The notes under the pieces: model-generated
What the model was told of the DNA's origin: nothing
Databases searched by the model: none
What the model saw: the letters and a program-made list of their open reading frames with translations, nothing else
DNA from: Gemmatimonadaceae bacterium
GTDB lineage: Bacteria; Gemmatimonadota; Gemmatimonadetes; Gemmatimonadales; Gemmatimonadaceae
Assembly (NCBI GenBank): GCA_040901985.1
Contig: JBBDYC010000011.1
Span: 9,633-73,632, forward strand
Length of the DNA: 64,000 bases
Direction: 5' to 3'
Shown here: in pieces, positions 36,877 to 47,190 of the stretch
Position numbering within the stretch: position 1 is the stretch's first letter
Layout of the letters: the number at the start of each line of letters is the position of its first letter
Translations under genes and position numbers: made by a program

Positions 36877-37334
36877 TGACGCCTCACGATTCCTGTGGCC
36901 GTGCGGGACACCACGGTGGTGGCCCCGGCACCGGACAGCGTTATGCGGATGCCGGCATCCGAGCGCCCGTTCGGGAAGATCGTGATCCCGCCGGCCGGAT
37001 TGATGCTGATGTTCGCCCGCAGGTCGAACGTCGGGCCGAAGTTGCGTTGCTTGAGGACCGTGCCGGTGGACCGCTCGACAATCTGCAGGGCCGTGCCGCT
37101 CAGCTGGACGTCCACCGGTACCCGCTGGCGAACCGCGAGCGCCGAGGCTTCGCTGAGCATCCCCTGGGCCACGTTCGCCGACCGGATGACCCGGTCGCGG
37201 GCAATCTGCTGGCCAATCGAGTTGGCCGAGATCGCCACGAGGATCCCGACCAACGAGACCACGACCAGCAACTCGATGAGCGAGAAGCCGGGACGCTGAC
37301 GCCTGGTGTACGGGATGGGTAATTGTGCGGCCAC
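36873..37334 (-). CDS. FimT/GspH-like minor pilin
   Basis: RPG|FSLIELLVVVSLVGIL and ITIFPNG. SD AAGGAG. Confidence 0.85.
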   Translation of the reverse strand: MAAQLPIPYTRRQRPGFSLIELLVVVSLVGILVAISANSIGQQIARDRVIRSANVAQGMLSEASALAVRQRVPVDVQLSGTALQIVERSTGTVLKQRNFGPTFDLRANISINPAGGITIFPNGRSDAGIRITLSGAGATTVVSRTATGIVRRQ

Positions 37335-37344
37335 TGTGCACTCC

Positions 37345-37359
37345 TTGATGTTCTATCAA
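37345..37359. promoter_or_regulatory. Palindrome TTGAT-N5-ATCAA upstream of the pilin operon
   Basis: TTGATGTTCTATCAA, abutting the SD. Confidence 0.4.
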
Positions 37360-37408
37360 TATGGACGACCGGCGCCCCCCGCCAGTCAGCCCACTCACAG
37401 TGTGACGG

Positions 37409-38437
37409 TCAATCCGCCAGGGTGCCAGTCTCGAGCTGGTGACGCGCCTCACCAAGCACCCGGGCCTCGACCTCGGCGAGCGTCCCCGCGACCAGGGCGC
37501 CCGAGGCCCGGGCGTGACCCCCGCCGCCGAAGCTCCGGGCCAGCGTATTCACGTTCACCCCGGCCAAACTACGGAACGACACCTTCACCCGGCCGTGCCC
37601 GAGGTCACGGAACAGCACGGCCAGCCGGACCCCGGCGATGGTCCGCGGATACTCCGAGATTCCGTCGAGGTCCTCGCTCGATACGCCGTGCCGCTCCAGC
37701 GCCCCGGCGTGGATCCGCACCCAGGCCATCCCGTGCGCCATATCCACCTCCAGGGTGTCCAGCGCGTCGCGGAGCAGATGGAGCCGGCCCAACGGCACGC
37801 TCCCGTAGATCCGCGCGTACATCTGCTCCGGGTCCACGCCCGCCGTGAGGAGCTCGGCCGCAATCGCGAGGCAGCGGGGCGAAGTATTCCCGAACCTGAA
37901 GCCGCCTGTGTCCGTGATGAGCGCCGTGTAGAGGGAGCGGGCAATGGCCGCGGTGATCGTCAAACCTCGCTCGCGCGCAAAGTCGAACACCAGCTCGGCG
38001 GTGGCGCAGGCCGCGGTATCGCTCAGCATCGTGCGCCCGGGGGGCTCGTGCCCCGGGAGATGGTGGTCAATCACCAGCGCGTCCTCGGGAAGCGCACGCA
38101 CGGCATCGGCGAGTCCGCCGAGCCGCCCGATGTCGCTGATGTCAAGGACGATCAGGCGGTCAACCTCCGCGAGCGCCTGGGCGCCCTCCGCCGAGCGATC
38201 CTCGACGTCGTCGCCGAGCAGCCAGCGGAAGAGCTCGGGCCAGGGCGTCGGGTTCACGATGAAGGCGCGCACCCCCATCTGGCCAAGCAGTCGGGCCAGC
38301 GCGGTCTGCGAGCCACAGCCGTCGCCGTCGGCATTGATGTGGGTGGAGAGCGCGACCGTCATCCCCGGCCGGATCGAGGCGGCGATGCGACCGATGGCCT
38401 CGCGCCGTGCCGTCGGGACCTGGAGCAGATCGGTCAT
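37409..38437 (-). CDS. nrnA: DHH/DHHA1 phosphoesterase (nanoRNase/pAp phosphatase)
   Basis: HINADGDGCGS, LDIS, IDHH, TDTGGF, GGGHARASG. Confidence 0.9.
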   Translation of the reverse strand: MTDLLQVPTARREAIGRIAASIRPGMTVALSTHINADGDGCGSQTALARLLGQMGVRAFIVNPTPWPELFRWLLGDDVEDRSAEGAQALAEVDRLIVLDISDIGRLGGLADAVRALPEDALVIDHHLPGHEPPGRTMLSDTAACATAELVFDFARERGLTITAAIARSLYTALITDTGGFRFGNTSPRCLAIAAELLTAGVDPEQMYARIYGSVPLGRLHLLRDALDTLEVDMAHGMAWVRIHAGALERHGVSSEDLDGISEYPRTIAGVRLAVLFRDLGHGRVKVSFRSLAGVNVNTLARSFGGGGHARASGALVAGTLAEVEARVLGEARHQLETGTLAD

Positions 38438-38470
38438 CGCGTGGACCCTCGCCCGGCGCCGCGCCGCATC

Positions 38471-39985
<1,515 letters not shown>

Positions 39986-40405
39986 TCAGGGCGTCGGCTT
40001 CTCGCCGGAGGGCGGCGGCGGGGTGCTCGGCGGGGTGCTCGGCGGGGTGCTCGGCGGGGTGCTCGGCGGGGTGCTCGGCGGTCTCGCGCCGCCGCTCTCC
40101 CGCGGTCGCGAGCTGCCGACGAGGTCGCTCGCCACCGAGGCGCCGGCGGCAGCCACGCCATTGAGCACGCCCATCGCCTTGCCCATCAGGCCCATCGCCT
40201 CGGCCACCGCCGACGCCGAGACGTTCCCGGCGCGGAGCGTGTCCTCGACGCCTTCGGCGAAACGCTGGAAGACGTTCGGGCCGGGCGACTTGCGCTCGGC
40301 GAATCGCGAGTCGAGGAACTCGATGTAGTCGAGCACCTGGTACACCTTGTCCTCGGGGAGCGTCTCGAGGTGGCGGAGGATGCGGTCCTTCAGGAGCTCG
40401 TGCAT
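39986..40405 (-). CDS. Hypothetical protein with DUF2281-like N-terminus and PPST repeat tail
   Basis: [19 protein letters not shown] resembles DUF2281. C-terminal (PPST)n. Confidence 0.65.
   Translation of the reverse strand: MHELLKDRILRHLETLPEDKVYQVLDYIEFLDSRFAERKSPGPNVFQRFAEGVEDTLRAGNVSASAVAEAMGLMGKAMGVLNGVAAAGASVASDLVGSSRPRESGGARPPSTPPSTPPSTPPSTPPSTPPPPSGEKPTP
40017..40081. repeat. Perfect 12-bp coding tandem repeat x5 plus a partial unit
   Basis: (GGCGGGGTGCTC)5 encoding (STPP)n on the minus strand. Confidence 0.95.
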
Positions 40406-40456
40406 AAGCCTGGGCGTGGGAAGGATGATCTTACCCGTGATGCGGCCCAGCGGTAG

Positions 40457-41365
40457 TCACCACCGCACGCGACTGCCCCGGGTGTCCACGTGTATGAACG
40501 TGCCGCCGGCCGCCGTGTTTCGGTACAGCCCCGTTCCACCCACCAGATCCGGATAGTTGGACTCCACGCGGTCAACCGCCTCGAGGAAGACCCGGGCGTC
40601 GAGGTGGTCGGACCGGCCGTCCCGGTTGAGGTCGTCCATCCGGCCGTCGCCATCAACGTCCACGATCACGTCGGCGGCATCGCCGTACTGATGGCGACTT
40701 TCGGTCGAGAGCGCCGAGCGGGCGCCACGGGCGTTGGCCCTGGGGGTCCGGAAACCCGAGAGCACGGTCAGGCCGCTCACGGCGTGGCCCGCCATCCGGA
40801 GCTCGTCAATGATGAGCTCGAGCTTGTCCACGAGCCGGGGGTCGAGCACGAGGGGCTTCGGCCAGATCTCGACTTGGTCGCGGTTGAGGAAGTCGCGGAG
40901 CCGGAAATGGGTGGAGATCCGGATGTCCTGATTCTCCTCGGTGACCTCGATGAACCCCGGCGGGACGTCGTACGCGGGCGAGCGCGGCTGTCGCGCCTCG
41001 GCCGGCCATCGCCCGACGCGGTAGATGCCCACGCGATCGTCGTGCTTGGCGGCGAATGGCACGAGACTGATGAAGTGGAACGGCTCGTCGGTGCTGGAGT
41101 CGCGCACCGCCAACAGCGTCAGGCGCCTGCTGGGCGCCTGCAGGAGTTCGGGCGCCGGCTGACCCTGGGCCTCCGGCGGGACAATCCGGGCCTTCAGGCG
41201 GCCGCTACGGCCGCGAAGCGAGTCGGGGATGGCCAGCTTGGGGTCGTCAGGCGAGCGCCGTGGCTCGGCACTCCTGAGGCTACCGCCACCGACGCTGATC
41301 ACGAGGCCCGCCGCAATCAGGGCCACTCGGAGGAGCCGGAGGGGATGCAGTACTGGTTCGGTCAT
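40457..41365 (-). CDS. Secreted peptidase M15 (D-Ala-D-Ala carboxypeptidase-type, YcbK-like)
   Basis: VLSGFRT, SRHQYGDAAD, FIHVDTRG (His/Asp/His zinc ligands). Signal peptide. Confidence 0.85.
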   Translation of the reverse strand: MTEPVLHPLRLLRVALIAAGLVISVGGGSLRSAEPRRSPDDPKLAIPDSLRGRSGRLKARIVPPEAQGQPAPELLQAPSRRLTLLAVRDSSTDEPFHFISLVPFAAKHDDRVGIYRVGRWPAEARQPRSPAYDVPPGFIEVTEENQDIRISTHFRLRDFLNRDQVEIWPKPLVLDPRLVDKLELIIDELRMAGHAVSGLTVLSGFRTPRANARGARSALSTESRHQYGDAADVIVDVDGDGRMDDLNRDGRSDHLDARVFLEAVDRVESNYPDLVGGTGLYRNTAAGGTFIHVDTRGSRVRW

Positions 41366-41472
41366 TCATTCAAATCAAGGACGAGCGGTCACCCCCGAGG
41401 TGGAGTGGCGCCCTGTTCTCAACAATCAGACGAATGATAGCTTTGCCCGGATTCACAACGAAAGGGGCAAAT

Positions 41473-41517
41473 CGCTGACCGTTCGGATAATTTAATTTAC
41501 TGACCGAATGGTCAGCG
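41473..41517. promoter_or_regulatory. 14-bp inverted repeat around an AT-rich core, containing two TGACCG-NN-YGG-type sites
   Basis: CGCTGACCGTTCGG-ATAATTTAATTTACTGA-CCGAATGGTCAGCG. Confidence 0.55.
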
Positions 41518-42552
41518 CGCTACGATTGAGAGAAGATCGAGCACAGGAACGCCCGTCGGCTCCGAGCGCCCAGCCCTTACCCGAGCGGTCAGGAGTACCC
41601 GAGCGAGTGGCGGAATCGCCCGCGCCTCGGCGAGCAGGGAGGGCGGAACCGCGAGGTAGAGAATCGCGTCCTCGCCCTCCGGTCCCATCGCCAGCAGGAA
41701 CGGCTCTTCCGGTGCGAGGTCCCGCCGCAACGGGTCCGCGGTCTGCAGCCCAACCACCTGCACCCGCCAGCGTACCACCCGGCCGCGGGTGCCCTCGGGA
41801 TCGAGCCGGAGTTCGGCCGCCGAGAGCGTCGAGGCGTATGTGCTGTCCGCGGGCACGAGGAGGGATTCGGCGACCCAGGCCTCCAGGCGCACCTTTGCCC
41901 AGCCCCGATCACGCGCCTGGACATCCACGATGGTGCCCGGCTCGAGTGCCCCAAGCAGGGCTCCGTTCGGGGCGGATCGGAGCGCCGCGGCGGTGTCGGC
42001 GCGCATCGCGCCCGGCCGCGGGGGCGTTTCGGGGGCAGCCGCCGGCGCGCGCGGCACTGTGGGCGACGGGACGGGTGGCGTAGTGGGCGACGTTGGCGGT
42101 CTGGTCGGAGGGCTCGCCGCCGCCGTGGTGGCCGGCACGAGTGCACCGGCCGGCGCCCAGACGCCGCGACGGATCCGCGCCCAGGTGCCGCGTCGCTCGG
42201 TCACGTGCAGGCCGGCGCCGGCCCGAAACTCGCCGAGGATGCGGCCGTTGAGCGAGGGTTCCCCGCGGATCCGCAGGATGTCCGAGCCGCCGATCGTCTG
42301 CGGGAACGAGTCGCGCCCCGCCGTGAAGCGCGACGCCTCGACCCACCCTTCGATCGTCACGAACGTCCAGCCGCCGCGCGTCGCGCCAACGGCCCACGTG
42401 GTGCCGCTTCGCAGCGTCGCCACGACATTCCCGGTGGGGGCCGAGCGCACCTCGGTGTCGGCGGTGAATCGCCGCTGTGCGTGGAGCGACGGCGCGGTCG
42501 CCACGAGCAACAGCAGGGCGAGCGCTGGACGGGAGGAACGCAGGAGGTGCAT
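41512..42552 (-). CDS. Secreted protein with repeated bacterial SH3-like domains
   Basis: Signal peptide, then three repeats of the type lRsaP.g.vlg.l..G......rggW..v.ieGWv. Start is ATG 42552 or 42579. Confidence 0.75.
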   Translation of the reverse strand: MHLLRSSRPALALLLLVATAPSLHAQRRFTADTEVRSAPTGNVVATLRSGTTWAVGATRGGWTFVTIEGWVEASRFTAGRDSFPQTIGGSDILRIRGEPSLNGRILGEFRAGAGLHVTERRGTWARIRRGVWAPAGALVPATTAAASPPTRPPTSPTTPPVPSPTVPRAPAAAPETPPRPGAMRADTAAALRSAPNGALLGALEPGTIVDVQARDRGWAKVRLEAWVAESLLVPADSTYASTLSAAELRLDPEGTRGRVVRWRVQVVGLQTADPLRRDLAPEEPFLLAMGPEGEDAILYLAVPPSLLAEARAIPPLARVLLTARVRAGRSEPTGVPVLDLLSIVAR

Positions 42553-42655
42553 CGCTGGTTGGGGGGCGTGAGCGGGCATAGATTGCGCGAGCAGTCGTGC
42601 CGCACCGTCGCGCGACGCTTCGTCGAAGGTATACCCCTCACACAACACGGCCAAG

Positions 42656-44212
42656 ATGGCTTCCCCCGTGGATCGCCCCGTCGTCCTCGTCGTGCTCGAC
42701 GGGTGGGGCCACCGCGCGAGCACCGAAGGCAACGCGATCGCACTGGCTCGGACGCCGACGTGGGATCGCCTCTGGGCGCGCGCGCCACGAACGCTGCTCA
42801 ACGCCAGCGGGCGCGCGGTGGGGCTCCCCGAGGGCCAGATGGGGAACAGCGAGGTGGGGCATCTCAACCTCGGCGCCGGCCGCGTGGTGCTGCAGGACCT
42901 CGTCCGGATCGGCGAGAGCATCGCCAGCGGCGCGTTCTACGCGAACGGCGCGCTGCGCGCCGCCTGCGCTGCCGTGCGGGCGTCGGGCGCCACGCTCCAC
43001 CTCGTCGGGCTCGTCGGCGACGGCGGCGTCCACGCGCACGACCAGCATCTCCTCGCGCTCGTCGAGCTGGCCCACCGGGAGCGCGTGCCGCGCGTGGCGC
43101 TCCACCTCCTCCTTGACGGCCGCGACACGCTCCCGACATCGGCGCCGGGCTTTGTGCGGGCGCTGCTCGGTGCGACCGCCGGTCGCGCCGAGGTCGCCAG
43201 CATCGGCGGCCGCTACTTTGGGATGGACCGCGACAAGCGCTGGCCGCGCACCGAGAAGTGGTACGCCGCCGCGGTGCGCGGCACGGGCCCGTCGCACACC
43301 GACCCGCTCGCCTACATCGCCGAGCACCACGCGCGCGGCGTGACCGACGAGTTCCAGGAGCCGGCGGTCATCGTCCGCGACGGCCGGCCGCTCGCCCCGA
43401 TGCGCGATGGCGATGCGGTCATCACCTGGAATTTCAGGTCGGACCGGATGCGGCAGATCGTGCGCGCGCTCACGCAGGACGGCTTCGATGGCTTCGACGT
43501 GCGCGACCGGCCGGCGCTGCAGGTCACGACGATGACGCAGTACGACCAGACCTTCGGCCTGCCGATTGCCTTTGAGCCCTTCTCGATGGCGCGCATCGTC
43601 GCCGAGGTGCTCGCCGACGCGGGGATGACGACGCTCCGCACCGCGGAGACGGAGAAGTACCCGCACGTGACGTACTTCTTCAACGGGGGCAACGAGGTGC
43701 CGTACCCCGGCGAGGAGCGAATCCTGGTCCCGAGCCAACAGGTCGCCACCTACGACCTGATGCCGGAGATGAGCGCGCCGGGTATCACCGACGTCCTTTG
43801 TCGGGCGATCGAGACCCGGTCGCACCACTTCACGCTCTGCAACTACGCCAACGGCGATATGGTCGGCCACAGCGGAAACCTCGACGCGACGATTCGCGCC
43901 TGCGAGGTGGTGGACGCCCAGCTCACCAAGGTGATTGCGTCGGCGGCGAAGGCGGGCGCACGACTCTTGATCACCGCCGACCACGGCAACTGCGAGATGA
44001 TGCTCGACCCCGCGACGGGCGGCCCGCACACGGCCCACACCACGAACCCGGTGCCCTTCCTGCTCGTCGAGGACGGCGTGCCGGCGACACTGCCGCTCCG
44101 TGCCGGTGGGGCGCTCTGCGACGTGGGACCTACCGCGCTGGCGATGTTGGGGCTCGAACCACCGGCCGAGATGACCGGCCATGACCTGCGACCCATTGGA
44201 GTGACTGCGTGA
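42656..44212 (+). CDS. gpmI: 2,3-bisphosphoglycerate-independent phosphoglycerate mutase
   Basis: VVLDGWG, GQMGNSEVGH (phospho-Ser), GRYFGMDRD, ETEKYPHVT, GDMVGH, TADHGN. Confidence 0.97.
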   Translation: MASPVDRPVVLVVLDGWGHRASTEGNAIALARTPTWDRLWARAPRTLLNASGRAVGLPEGQMGNSEVGHLNLGAGRVVLQDLVRIGESIASGAFYANGALRAACAAVRASGATLHLVGLVGDGGVHAHDQHLLALVELAHRERVPRVALHLLLDGRDTLPTSAPGFVRALLGATAGRAEVASIGGRYFGMDRDKRWPRTEKWYAAAVRGTGPSHTDPLAYIAEHHARGVTDEFQEPAVIVRDGRPLAPMRDGDAVITWNFRSDRMRQIVRALTQDGFDGFDVRDRPALQVTTMTQYDQTFGLPIAFEPFSMARIVAEVLADAGMTTLRTAETEKYPHVTYFFNGGNEVPYPGEERILVPSQQVATYDLMPEMSAPGITDVLCRAIETRSHHFTLCNYANGDMVGHSGNLDATIRACEVVDAQLTKVIASAAKAGARLLITADHGNCEMMLDPATGGPHTAHTTNPVPFLLVEDGVPATLPLRAGGALCDVGPTALAMLGLEPPAEMTGHDLRPIGVTA

Positions 44213-44919
44213 TTCGTCGGACCTTCGGAGCCGTGGCGCTCCTGCTTGCGACCTTCCTCGCCCGACCGCTCTCCGCCCAGGACGTGATCGGGCATCTCCC
44301 AGACGAGAGCCCGTACCGCGACGCCAGCGGCCGGCACGCGTTCTCGCTCCAGGCGGGGTGGCTCATCCCGGGGAGGGACCCGGCGGGGGTGGGACCGCAC
44401 GCCGGAATGCTCCTCGCCGGCCTCTATGAGTATGACGTGACCGGGCCGCTGCGCCTGACGGCGGGGGCCGGGATTGCCCCGACGCTGCGTCGCGACGTCA
44501 AGGATCCGTTGGTCACCGGACCGGCCCGCGATGCGGGCACACGCGAGGAACCCCTCTTTTACCTCGACGGCGGACTCCTGCTCGCCCTCAGTGGCGAGAA
44601 GACTTGGCGGGGCTTCGCGCCGCGGGCGCGCACCGGCGTCGGCCTCGTCGCCTCGCTCCAGCCGGACTACGACCTCGGCGGCTACCGCTTCGGACCGAAG
44701 TTCATCCTCTCCTACGGGCTCGGCACGGGCTACGTCATCAGCCCGCGGTGGCAGTTGAACGCCGATCTCACCCACGCGTTCTGGAAGATGCACTACCCCT
44801 CCGCGTACAACGACGATGGGAGCAGCGTGGAGCCGAGCATCGTCGGCAAGGGCAAGCTCGACCCGTGGAACGGCAACCTGATGCTGACGTTCGGCCTCAC
44901 CCGCATCGGCGGCCGCTGA
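44209..44919 (+). CDS. Hypothetical exported protein, probable outer-membrane beta-barrel
   Basis: Signal peptide and alternating aromatic/Gly beta-strands. Confidence 0.6.
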   Translation: MIRRTFGAVALLLATFLARPLSAQDVIGHLPDESPYRDASGRHAFSLQAGWLIPGRDPAGVGPHAGMLLAGLYEYDVTGPLRLTAGAGIAPTLRRDVKDPLVTGPARDAGTREEPLFYLDGGLLLALSGEKTWRGFAPRARTGVGLVASLQPDYDLGGYRFGPKFILSYGLGTGYVISPRWQLNADLTHAFWKMHYPSAYNDDGSSVEPSIVGKGKLDPWNGNLMLTFGLTRIGGR

Positions 44920-44923
44920 CGCA

Positions 44924-45337
44924 ATGCGCGCCTCGCTCACGCGCCGGATCACCTTCTCGGCCGGCCATCGCTACCACCGGCCCGACTGGGACGACGCGCG
45001 GAACGAGGCCGTCTTCGGCAGCTGCGTGCGCCCGCACGGGCACACCTACGTGGTGGACGTGACGGTGAGCGGGCCGGTGGATCCGCTCACGGGGTTCTGC
45101 GCCGACCTCGGCGCCCTCGACCGGGCCCTGCGAACAGCCGTCGTCGAGCGCCTCGACCATCGCGACCTCGTGCGTGATGTGGCCGAGTTCGCCGAGGGCG
45201 AGCAAATTCCGACGGACGAGAACCTCGCCTGGTGGATCGCGCGCGCCGTGCAGGACGCGCTCGGCGCGTCGCCGCGTGTCTCGCGCGTCCGGGTGGCCGA
45301 GGAGCCGGGACTCTGGGCCGAGGTGGAGCCGACGTGA
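44924..45337 (+). CDS. 6-pyruvoyl-tetrahydropterin synthase / QueD family (T-fold)
   Basis: FSAGH, C-x3-HGHTY, LDH, PTDENLA. Confidence 0.88.
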   Translation: MRASLTRRITFSAGHRYHRPDWDDARNEAVFGSCVRPHGHTYVVDVTVSGPVDPLTGFCADLGALDRALRTAVVERLDHRDLVRDVAEFAEGEQIPTDENLAWWIARAVQDALGASPRVSRVRVAEEPGLWAEVEPT

Positions 45338-46065
45338 GCGACGCGCGCGAGGGCACCGCCAGCCTCGACGCGGTGGACGAGGTCCCGGTCTGGCTCGAGG
45401 TGAATGGGCAGCCCGCGGTGACCTGGATGTGTACGCCCGAGCAGCTCCCCGAGCTCGTCGTCGGCTGGTGCTACGGCGAGGGCTACATTGACAGCAAGGC
45501 CGACCTCCTCTCGCTGCGACCGTGTGCGAAGGAGCCGGGGTTCTGGGTGACGGTGCCGGAGGCGCGGTACCAGACGGTCGAGGGCCAGGAGCGCCGTCGC
45601 GTGCTCGCCTCGGGGTGCGGCGCGGTGACGACGATCCTCGGCTCGCTCTCGAGCGTCCCGCGGCGCACTGCGCGCCCGCCGATTCCCGACCTCGCCCGCA
45701 CCCGTGCGCTGTTCAAGGAACTCTTTGCGCGCGGTGAGCGCTACCACTCCACCGGTGGCATCCACGCGGCGGCGCTCACCGACGGCGTCACGCTGCTCAC
45801 GCACGCCGAGGACATCGGCCGCCACAATGCGGTGGACAAGGTGCTCGGCGCGCGGATTCTCGCCGGCGAGCGTCCGGACGACCTGGTGTTGCTGGTGACG
45901 GGGCGGATTTCCGGCGAGTTGGCGTTCAAGGCGGCGCGCGCGCGGATCGCGGTGGTCGCGACGCCGTCGGTGCCATCGTCAATCGCGGTCGAGATCGCCC
46001 ACGCGGCGGGGATGGTGCTGATCGGGCGCGCGGTGTCGGGGACTCCGCAGGTCTGGCAGCAATGA
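45334..46065 (+). CDS. fdhD: FdhD/NarQ sulfurtransferase
   Basis: MCTP..L.EL.VG, TGGIHAA, EDIGRHNAVDK, TGRISGE. GTG start at 45334. Confidence 0.9.
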   Translation: MSDAREGTASLDAVDEVPVWLEVNGQPAVTWMCTPEQLPELVVGWCYGEGYIDSKADLLSLRPCAKEPGFWVTVPEARYQTVEGQERRRVLASGCGAVTTILGSLSSVPRRTARPPIPDLARTRALFKELFARGERYHSTGGIHAAALTDGVTLLTHAEDIGRHNAVDKVLGARILAGERPDDLVLLVTGRISGELAFKAARARIAVVATPSVPSSIAVEIAHAAGMVLIGRAVSGTPQVWQQ

Positions 46066-46670
46066 CGTGCACCGGCGTGATCCTCGCCGGCGGCGGGGCG
46101 ACGCGGTTCGGCGGGCTGCCGAAGGGGCTCGAGCGCGTCGGCGGCGCGCGCATCATTGACCGGGTGGCGGCGGCGCTCCGGGCGGTGAGCGACGAGCTGC
46201 TGCTGGTCGCCAATGCGCCGGACGCGGCGGAGTGGCTCCCCGGCGTGCGGACCGTGCGCGATGTGCGCACCGGCGCGGGCGCCCTCGGCGGCCTGCACGC
46301 GGCGCTCACGCACGCGGCGACGCCGATCCTCCTCGTGGCGTGGGATATGCCGTTCGTCCCGGCGCCGTTGCTGCGCGCGCTGCGCGAGCGCGGCGAGCGC
46401 GGCGCGGACGCCGTCCTCCCGGAGAGCGACGGCTCACGGCGCGGCGTGGAGCCGCTCTGCGCCTGGTACGCGCCGCGGTGCCTGGGCGCAATCGAGGCCG
46501 CGCTCGACGCCGGTGATCGTCGCGTGATTGCGTTCCACGACCGCGTCACCGTCGAACGGCTCGACGTCGCCGCGGTGCGCGCGTTCGGTGACCCGTCGCT
46601 GATGTTCCGCAACGTGAACACGCCCGACGACCTCGCGGCGGCGGTCGCGGTGGAGGCGCCCGGTGCCTGA
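46062..46670 (+). CDS. mobA: Molybdenum cofactor guanylyltransferase
   Basis: ILAGGGATRFGG..KG, GALGGL, DMP, EPLCAWY, NVNTPDD. Confidence 0.92.
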   Translation: MTCTGVILAGGGATRFGGLPKGLERVGGARIIDRVAAALRAVSDELLLVANAPDAAEWLPGVRTVRDVRTGAGALGGLHAALTHAATPILLVAWDMPFVPAPLLRALRERGERGADAVLPESDGSRRGVEPLCAWYAPRCLGAIEAALDAGDRRVIAFHDRVTVERLDVAAVRAFGDPSLMFRNVNTPDDLAAAVAVEAPGA

Positions 46671-47190
46671 GACGCCGCCGATGCTTTGCGTGGTCGGCCG
46701 CAAGCACGCCGGCAAGACGACGCTCGTCGTGCAGCTGACCGCTGAGCTGACGCGGCGCGGCCATCGCGTGATGACGCTCAAGCACGGCTCGCACACGTTC
46801 AATCTCGATCCGGCCGCGACCGACACGTATCGCCATTACCACGAGGGGAACGCCGAGCGCGTGGCGATGGCCTCGCCCGACAAGTTCGCGCTGGTGCAAC
46901 GTTGGGAGCGCGAACTCGCGCCGGAGGAGATCGCGGCGCGGTACCTCGCCGACGCCGACGTCGTGATCGGCGAGGGGTTCAAGGCGTCGGCGCTGCCGAA
47001 GATCGAGATCCATCGCGCGGCGGCACACGCCGCGCCACTCTGGACGCCGACAATCGCGCAGGCCGCGACGTGGCGCGCGCTGCTGACCGACGCGCCAACG
47101 CCGGGCTTCCCGGGTACCGAGTTTGACCTCACGGACCCGGACTGGCTCAACCTGGTGGCGGATTGGACCGAAGCGGAGATCGTGCGATGA
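46663..47190 (+). CDS. mobB: Molybdopterin-guanine dinucleotide biosynthesis protein B
   Basis: VVGRKHAGKTTL, LKH, DT..H, EGFK, PKIE. Confidence 0.9.
   Translation: MPETPPMLCVVGRKHAGKTTLVVQLTAELTRRGHRVMTLKHGSHTFNLDPAATDTYRHYHEGNAERVAMASPDKFALVQRWERELAPEEIAARYLADADVVIGEGFKASALPKIEIHRAAAHAAPLWTPTIAQAATWRALLTDAPTPGFPGTEFDLTDPDWLNLVADWTEAEIVR

Noticed and set aside
37345-37359. Canonical FNR box
   Set aside because: The spacer is 5 nt rather than 4; kept only as an unassigned palindrome.
41430-41475. c-di-GMP-I riboswitch, suggested by GGCAAA sequences
   Set aside because: No GGCAAAC-stem-GNRA-GACGCAAAGC architecture on either strand.
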